A stretch of 64,000 bases of DNA from Pseudogymnoascus verrucosus (lineage: Eukaryota): assembly GCA_001662655.1 (NCBI GenBank), contig KV460219.1. The stretch is one strand, 5' to 3'. Numbering within the stretch: position 1 is the first letter of the stretch; each line of letters begins with the position of its first letter. Made by a program: the position numbers and the translations under genes. The notes under the pieces are model-generated. The model was not told the DNA's origin. It saw only the letters and a program-made list of their open reading frames with translations, and searched no databases. Of this stretch, positions 1 to 11,002 are shown piece after piece.

Positions 1-2761
1 GGCTTCCTCTCCAGAGCAACCACTGCTGAGCTTCGTGCCGATTTATACTCGAACACCCCCGCGATAATCCAACTTCAGGGTCTTATTCGGGCCATGCTAC
101 ATCGAAATGATATCGGGAACTTGCTGGGAGAGCTCGAGGACCAGGAAGACTCGATCGTCGCCTTTCAAACTGCAGCACGAGGACTATTAGTTAGGGCTAA
201 GTTTGCAGAGAAGCAAAAGTTCTTCAAGGAGAATATGCAGAAAGTTATCAAAATCCAAAGCTTTGTTAGAGGACGCCTCCAAGGAGAGGCCTACAAGAGC
301 TTGACTACCGGCAAAAATCCACCTGTCAATACTGTCAAGAACTTTGTCCATCTATTGAATGATAGCGACTTCGACTTCAATGAGGAAATCGAGTTCGAGA
401 GGCTCAGGAAGACTGTCGTGCAGCAAGTCAGACAAAACGAGACATCCGAACAATACATCGAGCAGCTGGACATCAAAATTGCGCTACTTGTCAAGAATAA
501 GATCACCTTAGACGACGTGATGCAACATCAGCGGAATTTTGGAAGTCATGCTGGTAACCTACTCCCAAGCACAGCAATGTCGTCGGGGAACCACTTTGAT
601 CTGAAGGCACTCAACAAGAACTCGAGAAAGAAGTTGGACACGTATCAGCAGCTTTTCTTCACCTTACAAACCCAACCGCAGTACCTAGCACGTCTCTTCC
701 GCATGGTTCGCGAGCAAGGGATGGCGGAGCAAGAGTCAAAACGCGTCGAGACATTGATGATGGGCCTGTTCGGATATGCGCAAAAAAGGCGAGAAGAATA
801 TTACCTCCTGAAACTTATTGCGCGATCCGTCAAGGAAGAGGTGGACGGATCCCACTCGATACAAGACTACCTCCGAGGCAATTTCTTCTGGACCAAACTC
901 CTAGCAAACTATACTCGATCGCCACGGGACCGGAAATTCTTACGAGAGCTCTTGGGTCCTCTTATTCGCGAGAACATTATCGACGATCCCGCACTGGATT
1001 TGGAGAGCGACCCGATGCAGATCTATAGGTCCGCGATAAACAACGAGGAGCTTCGAACCGGGCGACCCAGCCACAGACCGCTGGACGTCACTCGAGAAGT
1101 CGCTATTAAGGATAAAGAGACGCGCGACTTGTTCATTGACCATCTCCGAGATCTCCGAGAGATTTCCGACCAGTTCCTTCAAGCACTGGAAGAAACCTTG
1201 CAGAAGATGCCATATGGAATTCGCTTTATCACGCAACAGTTGTTCGAATGCCTATGTGAAAGATTCCCTGGCGAAAAGCAGGCCTACATACTCCAGGTTG
1301 TTGGCCAATGGGTATTCCGCTCTTATATTCAGCCGCCATTAACATCGCCACAAGAAGTTGGCGTTGTAGAGAGGCAGTTGACGCCATTGCAGAAACGGAA
1401 TCTTGGGGAAGTAAGCAAGGTGCTATGCCAAGTCACCACTGGCAAGCTCTTTGGTGGGGATAATATCTATCTTCAGCCCCTCAATGCCTATGTTGGAACT
1501 GCCATTGAAAGAATGGGCATCATATTTGCCGACTTGATCGATGTCCCTGACGTGGAGCAAACCTTTGATATCGACGAGTTCAATGACTTGTACTCGAAAA
1601 CCAAGCCGACACTATACATTAAAATGGCAGACATCTTTGCCATACATAACCTGGTGATCAAAGAGCTACCACAAATATGCCCCAACAGGGATGATATGCT
1701 CCGGGAGATTATCCAGGAGCTTGGAAGTGCCAAGAACAACGAAATGGAATGGTCAGGCGTGACGTCGTCAGAGATCCAGATGACACTCAATCCCAAGCTT
1801 CACGATACCGATGATCCCGAAGCTGCAGTGAAGGCTCTATTCATGGAGACCAAACGCTGTGTTTTGTACATCATCCGCGTCCAATCCGGACCTAATCTTA
1901 TGGATATCCTCGTTCGGCCAATTACACGCGAGGATGAGCAGAAGTGGAAGGCTCTTGTTAGAGAAGAATTTGCTGCCGGTAGCAACACCCGCGGCGCATA
2001 CTCGGATGCTAACATGATGGATATCACCTCGATGCCATATTCCGAGCTCAAACGTACAGCACTAGAGAACATCATGCGTCTAGAGACACAGTTCGGCCGT
2101 ATCTCGCGGCATAACCAATACCAAGATCTCCTCAATGCCATCGCCGTGGATATTCGCACAAAGAGCCGTAGGCGAATTCAAAGGCAGCGAGAATTGGAAG
2201 GCGTCAGGCTCACCCTGGGCAACCTTCACGATAAGGCTGCCTGGCTGGAACAACAACGGAAAAGCTATGACAACTACATTGAGCAAGCCATGATGACGTT
2301 ACAGAACAAGAAAGGGTATGTTACAATGATGCATCTCAGCCCGATAATTTTTACTGACATTATATAGCAAAAAACGATTCCTTCTACCATTTACCAGGCA
2401 ATACAACCACGAGCGTGAACTACAGCGAACCGGACGTCAGCCCAAGTTCGGATCTTTCAAGTACTCGGCACGAAATCTTGCCGACAAGGGCGTGCTTGTG
2501 TCATGGTCTGGCTACACCGAAAAGCAGTACGAGAAGATTAACGTCACCATCTCCTGTGACCAGGTTGGCATCTTCTTTATCGAAGGCAGCCTGGGCAGCA
2601 TTCAAATACCGGGCGCCAGCGCCCAGGTCCCGCTGGAGGACTGCCTGAGCGCGCAGTTCAACAATCACCAGTTTATGAACTTGTTCGAGGGCGGACTGAA
2701 GCTGAACGTCAATTTGTTTCTGCACCTTATCTACAAGAAGTTTTATAGATCGACGGATTAG
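1..2761 (+). CDS. IQG1: IQGAP-like RasGAP-related protein (Iqg1/Cyk1/Rng2 family), 5'-partial
   Basis: Frame open from base 1; IQ motifs (IKIQSFVRGRLQ), GRD/RasGAP-like region and RasGAP_C (LFMETKRCVLYIIRVQ). Intron 2316-2367 (GTATGT..CTGAC..TAG) joins the last exon ending LNVNLFLHLIYKKFY. Confidence 0.93.
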
Positions 2762-3410
2762 ACTGGCTGTGTTCTGTCTGCTTGGGGTTGGAACCAATAC
2801 CCTTCACGAGTAACTGACGAAGTGAAGATGCCTGTTTTTTGTTTTATTTTATTTTGCATAGCCTGGTTTTGTGTGGAGTTTGGGTGTGGGTGGGAGCTGG
2901 AAGCTGGGAGCTGGGCTGCTAGAGGATGGGTGGGTGGGAAAGACTGGATGAGGTGTTTTATTTGTCGTCTTCGTTCTTATACGAAGCTATGATTTAGTCT
3001 GTACATACCCCCTTTTTATTCTTCTAGGGCCATTGAGGGATGGATTGATGAATGGGATAAAGGAGGTATTTGGTTATACATTATATGGAAATGAGAAGCT
3101 TTTATGACAGCTGTTTGCGCCTCGTGCCGCCTAAAAATCTGAAGAGAGAGACTGTAGTGATAAGGGGGAAAATACTATCAACGTAAATTGCGCCCATTCG
3201 TGCACATATTTGCTATATCGATCGCCTGTCGGGTCCTCACATATTAACATGCGCGGGTAAGTGCGGAGAGAACAAATAATCCCCAAAAGTTCTGCATATC
3301 ATATATATCTGAGTATAAAAAGCCATAGTTTCCCATCGTCTGAGAAAATAACTAAACCAGAAACAGAACCTTAGACCCTGACACCAAGTTGAAACTTCTC
3401 TGTCAGAAGC

Positions 3411-3869
3411 ATGCATACCACCATTGATGGCCATGGTCGTTCACGGACGTGCCATTGCGACTCCTACGACGATGATGCCTACTATAGAGATCAATATGCC
3501 AGCAGTGTTTACGATGGCTATAAACACGCCTACCCCTATCACAAAACCCGAGACTACAGCCTTCTCCAGCGCGGTCGAGAAAACCACTACTACTATGATG
3601 ACGACCCCTATCTTCAGTCATATTCACCATATTACCGCCACAGCTACCGCGCCAGAGACGGGGAATTTATTCCGCGTCTCTTTGAAGAGGAATACCCTAC
3701 CACAAAATTGGTGGATGGATATCCAAGGCCTGTTGGTTGGGTTTATGAACATCTAGTTTCAAGGACTGGGAGGGTGGTTAGGGCGAGTACGGTCCGGTTG
3801 TGGTGTGGCTTGCGTCGCACTACTGTGTTGGGTCCTCGAGGGCGATGGGGTGAAGGGAGAAGAATGTAA
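3411..3869 (+). CDS. Tyr/His/Asp-rich orphan ORF (152 aa), uncertain
   Basis: ATG-initiated ORF only, low complexity; an overlapping Thr-rich frame (3424-3756) is also open; no recognisable domain. Confidence 0.25.
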   Translation: MHTTIDGHGRSRTCHCDSYDDDAYYRDQYASSVYDGYKHAYPYHKTRDYSLLQRGRENHYYYDDDPYLQSYSPYYRHSYRARDGEFIPRLFEEEYPTTKLVDGYPRPVGWVYEHLVSRTGRVVRASTVRLWCGLRRTTVLGPRGRWGEGRRM

Positions 3870-4491
3870 GGTGGTTGTAGGAAGGTATTAATTGAGGTGG
3901 GAAGCTCTGTCAGCAATGAGGTTGCGTGGAAACTTCCAGGTTCATGGGAGGGAGATTGAATGTCCTGATCGGACTTGTGTTGATCGGGAGGTTTTGTTTT
4001 GTGATATTTTCACATTGAGTCAAGACAAATGGATCGGTCTCAGTCGCTACTTTATTGTGATTATCTGGTGTAGAATGAATGACTTTGATATGGAAACAAT
4101 ATATTGTGTGAATGCACGCTGAAGGTGAGTCCTCCAGGAATTTATAAGCTTGAATAGCACAGTGAGTGATATTCGTAGCAGCAAACGAGCGTCAATAATC
4201 TAATTCAACTCTTGAATAATCTGTATATTCAGTGTTTTTAAATCAGCTATATCATAATAAATTATGTTTCCTTGGCCTATTGTCGATAGCACTCTCACTT
4301 TCACCAAACCCCCACTCAAGCTCACCATCGGTATAATACATGCCCATTCCACTAACTTACCTGCGGAGTACACAACAATTTCCAAGAATAAACATTGAAG
4401 TTACCGCCATGCCTACCCATCCACAACGGTTGTCTGAGGTGTTTGATGTTGGGGATGGACGGTTTCCGAGTCGTGTTCGAATGCCCACGAC

Positions 4492-7027
4492 CAGTGTTGC
4501 CCGAGTACTACTCGCTGTGAGTAGTACTCGGCGAATACCCGAGTACTACTCTACTCGGGTGATATTTTTGAGTACTCTGGTATTCGCCGAGTACTACTCT
4601 GAATACTCGAGTACTGCCAAGCCCTTGGCAAAGAGGGGTAATATAGATTGTAGAATGGATAATTGAAGCTTCTACTTGAGCGTTCTGTATTACTTCCTGT
4701 AATGAGTGACTCTTCGCTGTCGCCGGTGCCGGCTGAGTATCAGTCTGATGCTTTAGAGCTGCCGCCCCTTATTCCAATGCCCCTTATTTCGATGCCGCAT
4801 ATGCCTCTAAGAGTTCAATTACCTGATTCTACATCAATACTCTTTTCCAAAAGACTATTCTACCGTACTTTATTAGATATAGTACCTGCTAGAATCCAAT
4901 ACCAATGCCTTCAAACCAATTGTGGATATACGCCGAGCCAGCCCCTAAAGAACCCAACGACGAGCAATCTATGGAAGCATCTTCAGAAGCAGCACCCATC
5001 GGTGCATGCAGAATACAATACAATAACTTCAATTCGAAGCTCATCAACACCCTCTACTTCTGCTTCTGCTTTCTTCCAGCCCCGCCAAGCACCTAGTAAT
5101 GCACCAAGTTCGTCGAAATATAGAGAGCTTGTTCTCTCTTTTATAGTATCAAATAACCTACCATTACGCCTTATTAAAAGCCAATCCTTCCGGCAATTAG
5201 TTCACCATCTAAATCCTACAGTCTTAACAGTTAGTAGAACTACAATTGGACGGGATCTATATCGACTATTCTGCTATCATAAAGCACGGCTTTAAGTAGA
5301 ATTACAACAGCATATCACAAGCGGTAGACGACTAGCAATAACGACAGATACTTGGTCTGCTCAGAACTATTCTAAGTATGCAGCAGTTACAGTACACTGG
5401 ATTAATGATAATTAGCAAATGAGAAATACCATACTCGACGTTATACACCTACAAGAGCCAATCCACTCTAGCGAATACCTTGCTGAACAGTTGATAAATG
5501 TGACGGACGATTATAGTATTACGCCTGCAATCTTTACTATTACAAGAGATAACGCCTCTACGAATACAACTATGCTATTAGAATATGAGAAGCTGGCTTC
5601 GGTACAACCTATTACTCTAAAACAACCATGGGCTTTTACAGCAAAAGTAGGAGACGTACGCTGTATTAGGCATATTATCAATATTGCTGTTTAAGCTGCT
5701 TTAGCCTCTTTAAAAGCAACACCAGATGAAGGCCCAGAGGCATATCGGCTTGAGATTAGGGTAGCACGAATACCACTTACTTCTGAAAATGATATCGTCA
5801 CTGTTCTTGCTAAGCTCCGGCGTCATATATATGTGTTTTGGAACTGCCGCGGATGGAAAGACGCCTTAAAGAATCAGTGTAAAGCTGCGAGTATCAAAGT
5901 CCGTCGGTTGACTCTCAATATGCCAGTCCGATGGAGCTCAACTTATCATATGATTGATACAGCTTTAAAGCTTTAGGTTCTAATTACAGCTTTATGCGCA
6001 TCACAGCAACTTGATATTAGTATGAGAGATATTGCTTTAACAGCAGTAGACTAGGCTACGCTACATGACTTATTAAAGCTATTCTATATCTTCGTCCGCC
6101 CAACTAAGAAGTTACAGGGCTCTTCTTATCCATCTCTCAACTACGCTATTCCGCAGTATATGAGGATGATTAAGAAGCTTGAAGATATGAGAAGTGAGCT
6201 ACTAGAACGAAGCCCAATTGCTACTACTACGTCAATTGCGTTAAAGAAGCTTAATGATTACTATACTCTAGCTACAAATCAGCAACAGAGCCACTCTACA
6301 ATTGCTACGATCTGTGATCCTCAGTATAACTTCAACGTCTTCAATATTATATGGAAAGATAGCACGCACTTAACTAGGAAGAATAGGGCAAAAGCACAGT
6401 GGTAGGACTGCTTCTATCGATATTCAGGCCGCGAGTCTGATATTCGAGCAGCAGACGTTATGAATAGTATTGAAGCTGAGGATCTAGATATAGAGCAAGC
6501 TATAAATATCGATATCGACTCAGAAGATGAGCTATACGTATCACAAAGCCGCCACAATATTGAGCCAGAATGGAAGCAATGGATGAAGGAGCCGACAGTT
6601 GGTAGGGATACGGATATTCTTAAGTATTGGCAGAGTAAGCAATACTAATATCCATTGATTGCTTCTATTGCAAGGGATTACCTAGCTATTCCAGCTACCT
6701 TAGCAGACTCAGAACGAGTATTTAGTGTCGGTGGTGATATTATCACAAAGAAACGGAACCGATTATCGCCTTCTACACTTAGATATCTACTTTGCTTACG
6801 GAATTGGGGTGTTTTATCACAAGGCGACGACGAAGACAGCGGCGACGATGCAGATAATGAGAGTTAGAATAGTAATATACAGTTTTATATCAATATATAT
6901 TTTAAGCTCGAGTACTACTCGAGGTATTCGAGTACCGGTACTCGAATACCGGTACTCGAGCTTCAATTTTCAGTACTCTACTCGAGGATGCTCGAGTAGT
7001 ACTCGGAGCGGTATTCGGGCAACACTG
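4492..7027 (+). mobile_element. Full-length hAT-superfamily DNA transposon (2536 bp)
   Basis: TIRs CAGTGTTGCCCGA(G/A)TAC, 13 bp perfect and 16/17 overall. Perfect 8-bp TSD CCCACGAC at 4484-4491 and 7028-7035. Dense subterminal GAGTAC/TACTCG repeats at both ends. Confidence 0.97.
4702..6867 (+). pseudogene. hAT transposase with 7 in-frame nonsense codons
   Basis: One reading frame: BED finger (CLQTNC..TTSNLWKHLQKQH), TTDTW, RDNAS, RCIRH (CxxH), VRWSSTY, and the hAT dimerisation domain (IARDYLAIPATLADSERVFS). Stops at 5293, 5413, 5692, 5974, 6052, 6403, 6646. Confidence 0.95.
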
Positions 7028-7339
7028 CCCACGACAACTCTCCAGCCTTTCGGTGGCGCACGAGAAAGCCTGCTTGGAAACTTGAGGAGAGATGATATGA
7101 GGCGCAACAGATCAAGCTGTCTTTGTTGTGAAGTTATGTGAAGTTGGTTATGGGGGAAAGGGGCACGGAGTGTGAGCCTGGAATTTGTGGTCAAGGGCTG
7201 GCATCTAGCGACCTGAGTTTCTCATTGTACATAACCAAGCTTCTTGATCTTTGCTTATGCGTCTTAAACAACGTGAAGTACAACTGAACACAAACGATAC
7301 ATATTAAGCCTGCAGTCATTCAACTGCAAAGTGATATCA

Positions 7340-7855
7340 ATGGCCATGTCATCCAAAGATTCTGCTATTGAGGACGCTCTACAAGACGCCATCAAAACTG
7401 CAGTTGAGTCTGGAATGGATCCGGGCAAGATACAAAGTATTACTACGCTTGGTAATAGTACTTTTCTCTTGTTAATTTCACCATTTGACTTTAATATAGG
7501 GACAACTTCTGCAGCGGCGGGTGTTTTCAAAAATGCTTCTGAGAAGGCAATCGAGTATGGGCTGAAACCGGAAGAGCTTGTCCGCATTGCTTCTGAAGGT
7601 GATACATTCTTTCTGTTAAACTTTACATTATTTGACTTCAATATAGTGGCATCTAAGTACCAAAACCAACCTTCGAATCAGATTGTTTACACCAAAGGGT
7701 CGGCATCAAAGATGTTCAAAATGCGACTGGCAACAAAGAAGACCACCCAGGAGCCTGCTCAAAAGAAGGCAAGAGTAGACACTCGCAGGTCAGATTCTAG
7801 CGATTGCGAGTTGAGGCTTTTCGATGACACCGGTATACTACACTGTTACCTGTGA
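7340..7855 (+). CDS. Orphan protein with an internal duplicated exon/intron unit; 3' end uncertain
   Basis: 174-codon ORF with two similar 48-nt GT..TTGAC..TAG segments (7452-7499, 7599-7646) that look like introns. Confidence 0.45.
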   Translation: MAMSSKDSAIEDALQDAIKTAVESGMDPGKIQSITTLGNSTFLLLISPFDFNIGTTSAAAGVFKNASEKAIEYGLKPEELVRIASEGDTFFLLNFTLFDFNIVASKYQNQPSNQIVYTKGSASKMFKMRLATKKTTQEPAQKKARVDTRRSDSSDCELRLFDDTGILHCYL

Positions 7856-8404
7856 GACATGGAGAATCCAAAACTAATTACCTATAGAAGACGACTAGTC
7901 TCCTCTATGGAGAAGATGCCGTCACCGATATGCACAAGGCAAATGGATGCAGAATTCAGAAGGGCTAGGCCATTGAGTGAAGTCGTCGTGACTTAAGAAG
8001 CGAAATATCGAGTCAAATTCGAGATCTCAAAATTAGGCAGGCATATTATAGATAGGAGATTTGATTGTTCGCATTGAAGCAAAGAGCAAGTAACACAATT
8101 TGGCAACTCTTTGCAACTCAATAGCAATTCTAAATCGGATATTTCTCCAGCTGTGAATCTTCCGTTTGAAATACAGCAATGGTGCTACATTTTTAGTTGT
8201 GAAATGGGATGATGTGCACAGATATCCTGATGAAAGGTCTGTCCTATTAACGATCTAAGAAGCAGATGACAAAGTTTGCTCATAGCATAGCACAGCTCCG
8301 ATTTATTTGAGGACTCTTTCCACTGATCAATTCCCATTCTGCCTTGATCCAACAACCGTCTCTCGCTGTAATCCTCCATCTCATTCGAAGACTTGCAGAT
8401 CCTC

Positions 8405-9310
8405 CTATTGATCGATACACATTCTACCCTGTTTCTCCAGGCGCCTCTCTCTGCAGTCCATAATCTCATCGTCATTCTTGTGTTCATGATACTTGCACCT
8501 ACGCTCTTCCCCCCAATTCAACGGAAACCGCATCCGCCCATCCTCCAATTCTTTATTCCTTCGAATCGCTGAAATAGCCACTCCATTCCAGAATGCCAAG
8601 ACCATGGGCTCTAACTCTGGGTTGTCGATAGGCATGCATCGCGTGAGGTTGGTGGTGCTGGCAACAATCGCGTCTTCGAGAAGGCATTTTAGCTTTGACT
8701 CCTTTTGGCCGTCGACGTAAACAAGGGGTACATTGCGAGCGATGGTTTTCTCTAGTAGGTCGTCTTTGTCCACGAGGGATTCCAAGTACTTGCAGATCTG
8801 ATCAGTGATGTAGTTTTGAAATGGCCTCGCGATCAATATCTCAGCGAGGTGATAGCACTGGGCCAGCTGGTTGAGTTTCTTTGAAGTATCTTCTAGGTCA
8901 ACGGCGCTTGGGTTCGCCGGGTGCGATGCAAACTCCTCGGCATTATTGAGGTCGCCCGTCGATAACCACACGAGAAACAGCGTGAATATCTCAACAGGGA
9001 TATTGGGGTATAATTTAATATACACAGCCGTGTCAGAAAGGTCTTTGCATTCGGCGTCTATCAAGTCTGAGCTTTCACGTGCGATGCGTCGGGGCATCTG
9101 GAGCACTTTCTTTTGATTCCCAACCACGAAGACAACGATGCTTGGCATCTCAAAATCAGATCTGCGGCATGTTACTATTGATAAGTTCAATAGAAGAAGG
9201 ACGTGGGTTTTTACTTACGTGGTGAGTTTTGCTTTCTTGGCAGACGGTTCAGCACAGGGTTCAGACACCGTGGTGCAGGATGACTCAGTAGGAGTGGAAG
9301 TGGACGACAT
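8405..9310 (-). CDS. Fungal BTB/POZ-like domain protein
   Basis: Exon 1 9310-9219, intron 9218-9162 (GTAAGT..CAG). IVVFVVG..SSDLIDAEC..EIFTLFLVWLSTG..YHLAEIL..FQNYITDQI and C-terminal CKYHEH, typical of ascomycete BTB proteins. Confidence 0.75.
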
Positions 9311-9729
9311 GGCTGTGAGAATCGGGTGTCATGGGGAGAGACAAGAATGAGTGTCTTAAGTGGAAGAGTTGTGTGTTTGTAGGGATTCACTTGATGGTGA
9401 GAGCCAAATATGTAGCTCGTAAACAAGATCAAGAAGTGAAGAACGGATGTAAACAATCAATCGGGTAAACGTCACGTAACGAGACCAAGGTGAATTAAAA
9501 TACACGGAGCGAGGGCAACAGTTTAATAAATTGTAATGCCGCATACCAAATAAAGGGCAATATTAGCTTGGAAGCGCTGAGATTCAGTAGCCCTGCCCCT
9601 ATCTGCTCCTTTACACCTTACTGTCCAAATGCTCAAACGCGTGACAAAAAAATATCAACGAGCAAAGCACAAAATCACACAAAGCTGAACAACTCCCTTC
9701 CTTTATCTAAGCAAAAAAATAGCAAAAGA

Positions 9730-9755
9730 CTCATCAGATCTCGAGATCTGATGAG
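9730..9755. repeat. Perfect 26-bp palindrome
   Basis: CTCATCAGATCTC|GAGATCTGATGAG equals its own reverse complement. Confidence 0.97.
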
Positions 9756-9884
9756 GGAGAAAATCATCTTTGTGATTTTACTTTTTGTCGTTATTAGTCG
9801 TTGTTATGATATCGTATGTGTTGATTTGTGTTGATCGCTCGTTTCCAAACTCTTTCTCTCATTTTTGGTTTCATCGTCTCCTCG

Positions 9885-10000
9885 CCGGGATTCGAATCCG
9901 TAACCTCCTTATCCTCCGCTGGCCAGATTGTCCAGACAGTGGTACTTCCACTGCGCCACTGTGCCGCTTGATTTGGAGGCGGCTAAAGTTTGGTTATATA
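9885..10000 (-). promoter_or_regulatory. tRNA-like Pol III promoter (TATA, A box, imperfect B box) without a cloverleaf
   Basis: Minus strand: TATATAA 10000-9994, TGGCGCAGTGG 9958-9948, GATTCGAATCC 9898-9888 (one mismatch to GGTTCGAATCC). Confidence 0.55.
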
Positions 10001-10377
10001 GGGGTAGAGAGGAGCGGGTATTCAGACCAGGCTAGGAATCCCCACACCATGTGCTGAAGAACATTAACTGAAAGAGACGGGAAGAGAACATAGTAGTATG
10101 GTCGACTGCATGCCATTGTAAAGGAATATATAGATCCATTGTCATGCAATGGAATTTCAACCCGCATCCTTCCTCTCCAATCTTTCTCCCTACTCCTCCA
10201 TCTTCACCTTCCGTCTTCACCCTTTATCCATTCACCTCCCTCGAATTGCAAAACTCCATACTCCAAACCCCATATGCAAACCAACTGCTAAGTCCCCAAA
10301 AAGAGATGAGGCGACGACACGACAGAACACGGTCAGCGCTGCACCTCTCTACTATGCCTTCCACTCTGCATCCCCCT

Positions 10378-10416
10378 GCGCATCCTCCGGCGCATCCTCC
10401 GGCGCATCCTCCTGCA
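10378..10416. repeat. 12-bp tandem repeat (GCGCATCCTCCG) about x3
   Basis: Directly visible; would encode PAHP repeats. Confidence 0.85.
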
Positions 10417-11002
10417 CATACTACCATATAGTTGTGCATCCTGTACCAGCACTACCGTACGGAGTATATTCTTCGAAGACCATCACCCGCTCTAACGAGA
10501 GACTCACTGAGCCGGCCGGCAAGAAGGCATCCAAAGCGAACAGTGGTTGGCTGGTGCAATGCAAGCACAAACGCTGAAACAAATTGACGGGGGAGCAAAC
10601 GCTCATAATAGCATGGCAACAACAAGAGAATATAACATTGTGTTTAATACATTCGACAGCTTACTTACAAACATTGTAGTTTTGCACAACAAAGTGGTGG
10701 TTGCCTTCAACGTCGTCGGTTTTAGCTCCGCGGGGATATTAGTTCCCGCCGCGGCCCAGCCGTGTTTCGGCATCCCAAGTCAACGACCACCATAAACCAA
10801 TATATTAAGGAAGGTGCTGCGCTCCAGATCATCTTGTTTGAACAATTTGTGTATTATCCGCTGACTATCTAGGTATCTCGTGTATCCTTCATTTTCGCTT
10901 CTGTGATGCTCCCGATTCCCAATTTTCCGCGTTACATTACTATATCAAGTGCAGTGTTCATTAATCTCATTCGGTCCTGTTACCATCTATTCCCAACCTC
11001 AA

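Noticed and set aside
4503..4615. CRISPR-like short palindromic repeats
   Set aside because: Irregular spacing, no unique spacers and eukaryotic context; these are transposon subterminal repeats.
4340..7194. Host gene disrupted by the hAT insertion
   Set aside because: The reconstructed empty site gives only short (under 100 aa) frames on both strands with no recognisable domain.
9748..9780. CTGATGA..GAAA hammerhead-like core
   Set aside because: No stem II (only 4 nt between the motifs) and stem I does not pair.
9880..9966. Second tRNA gene
   Set aside because: A and B boxes are present but acceptor and anticodon stems cannot form; kept only as a Pol III-like element.
10144..10795. Short ORFs around the PAHP repeat
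   Set aside because: Overlapping low-complexity frames kept open by the repeat; no consistent gene model.
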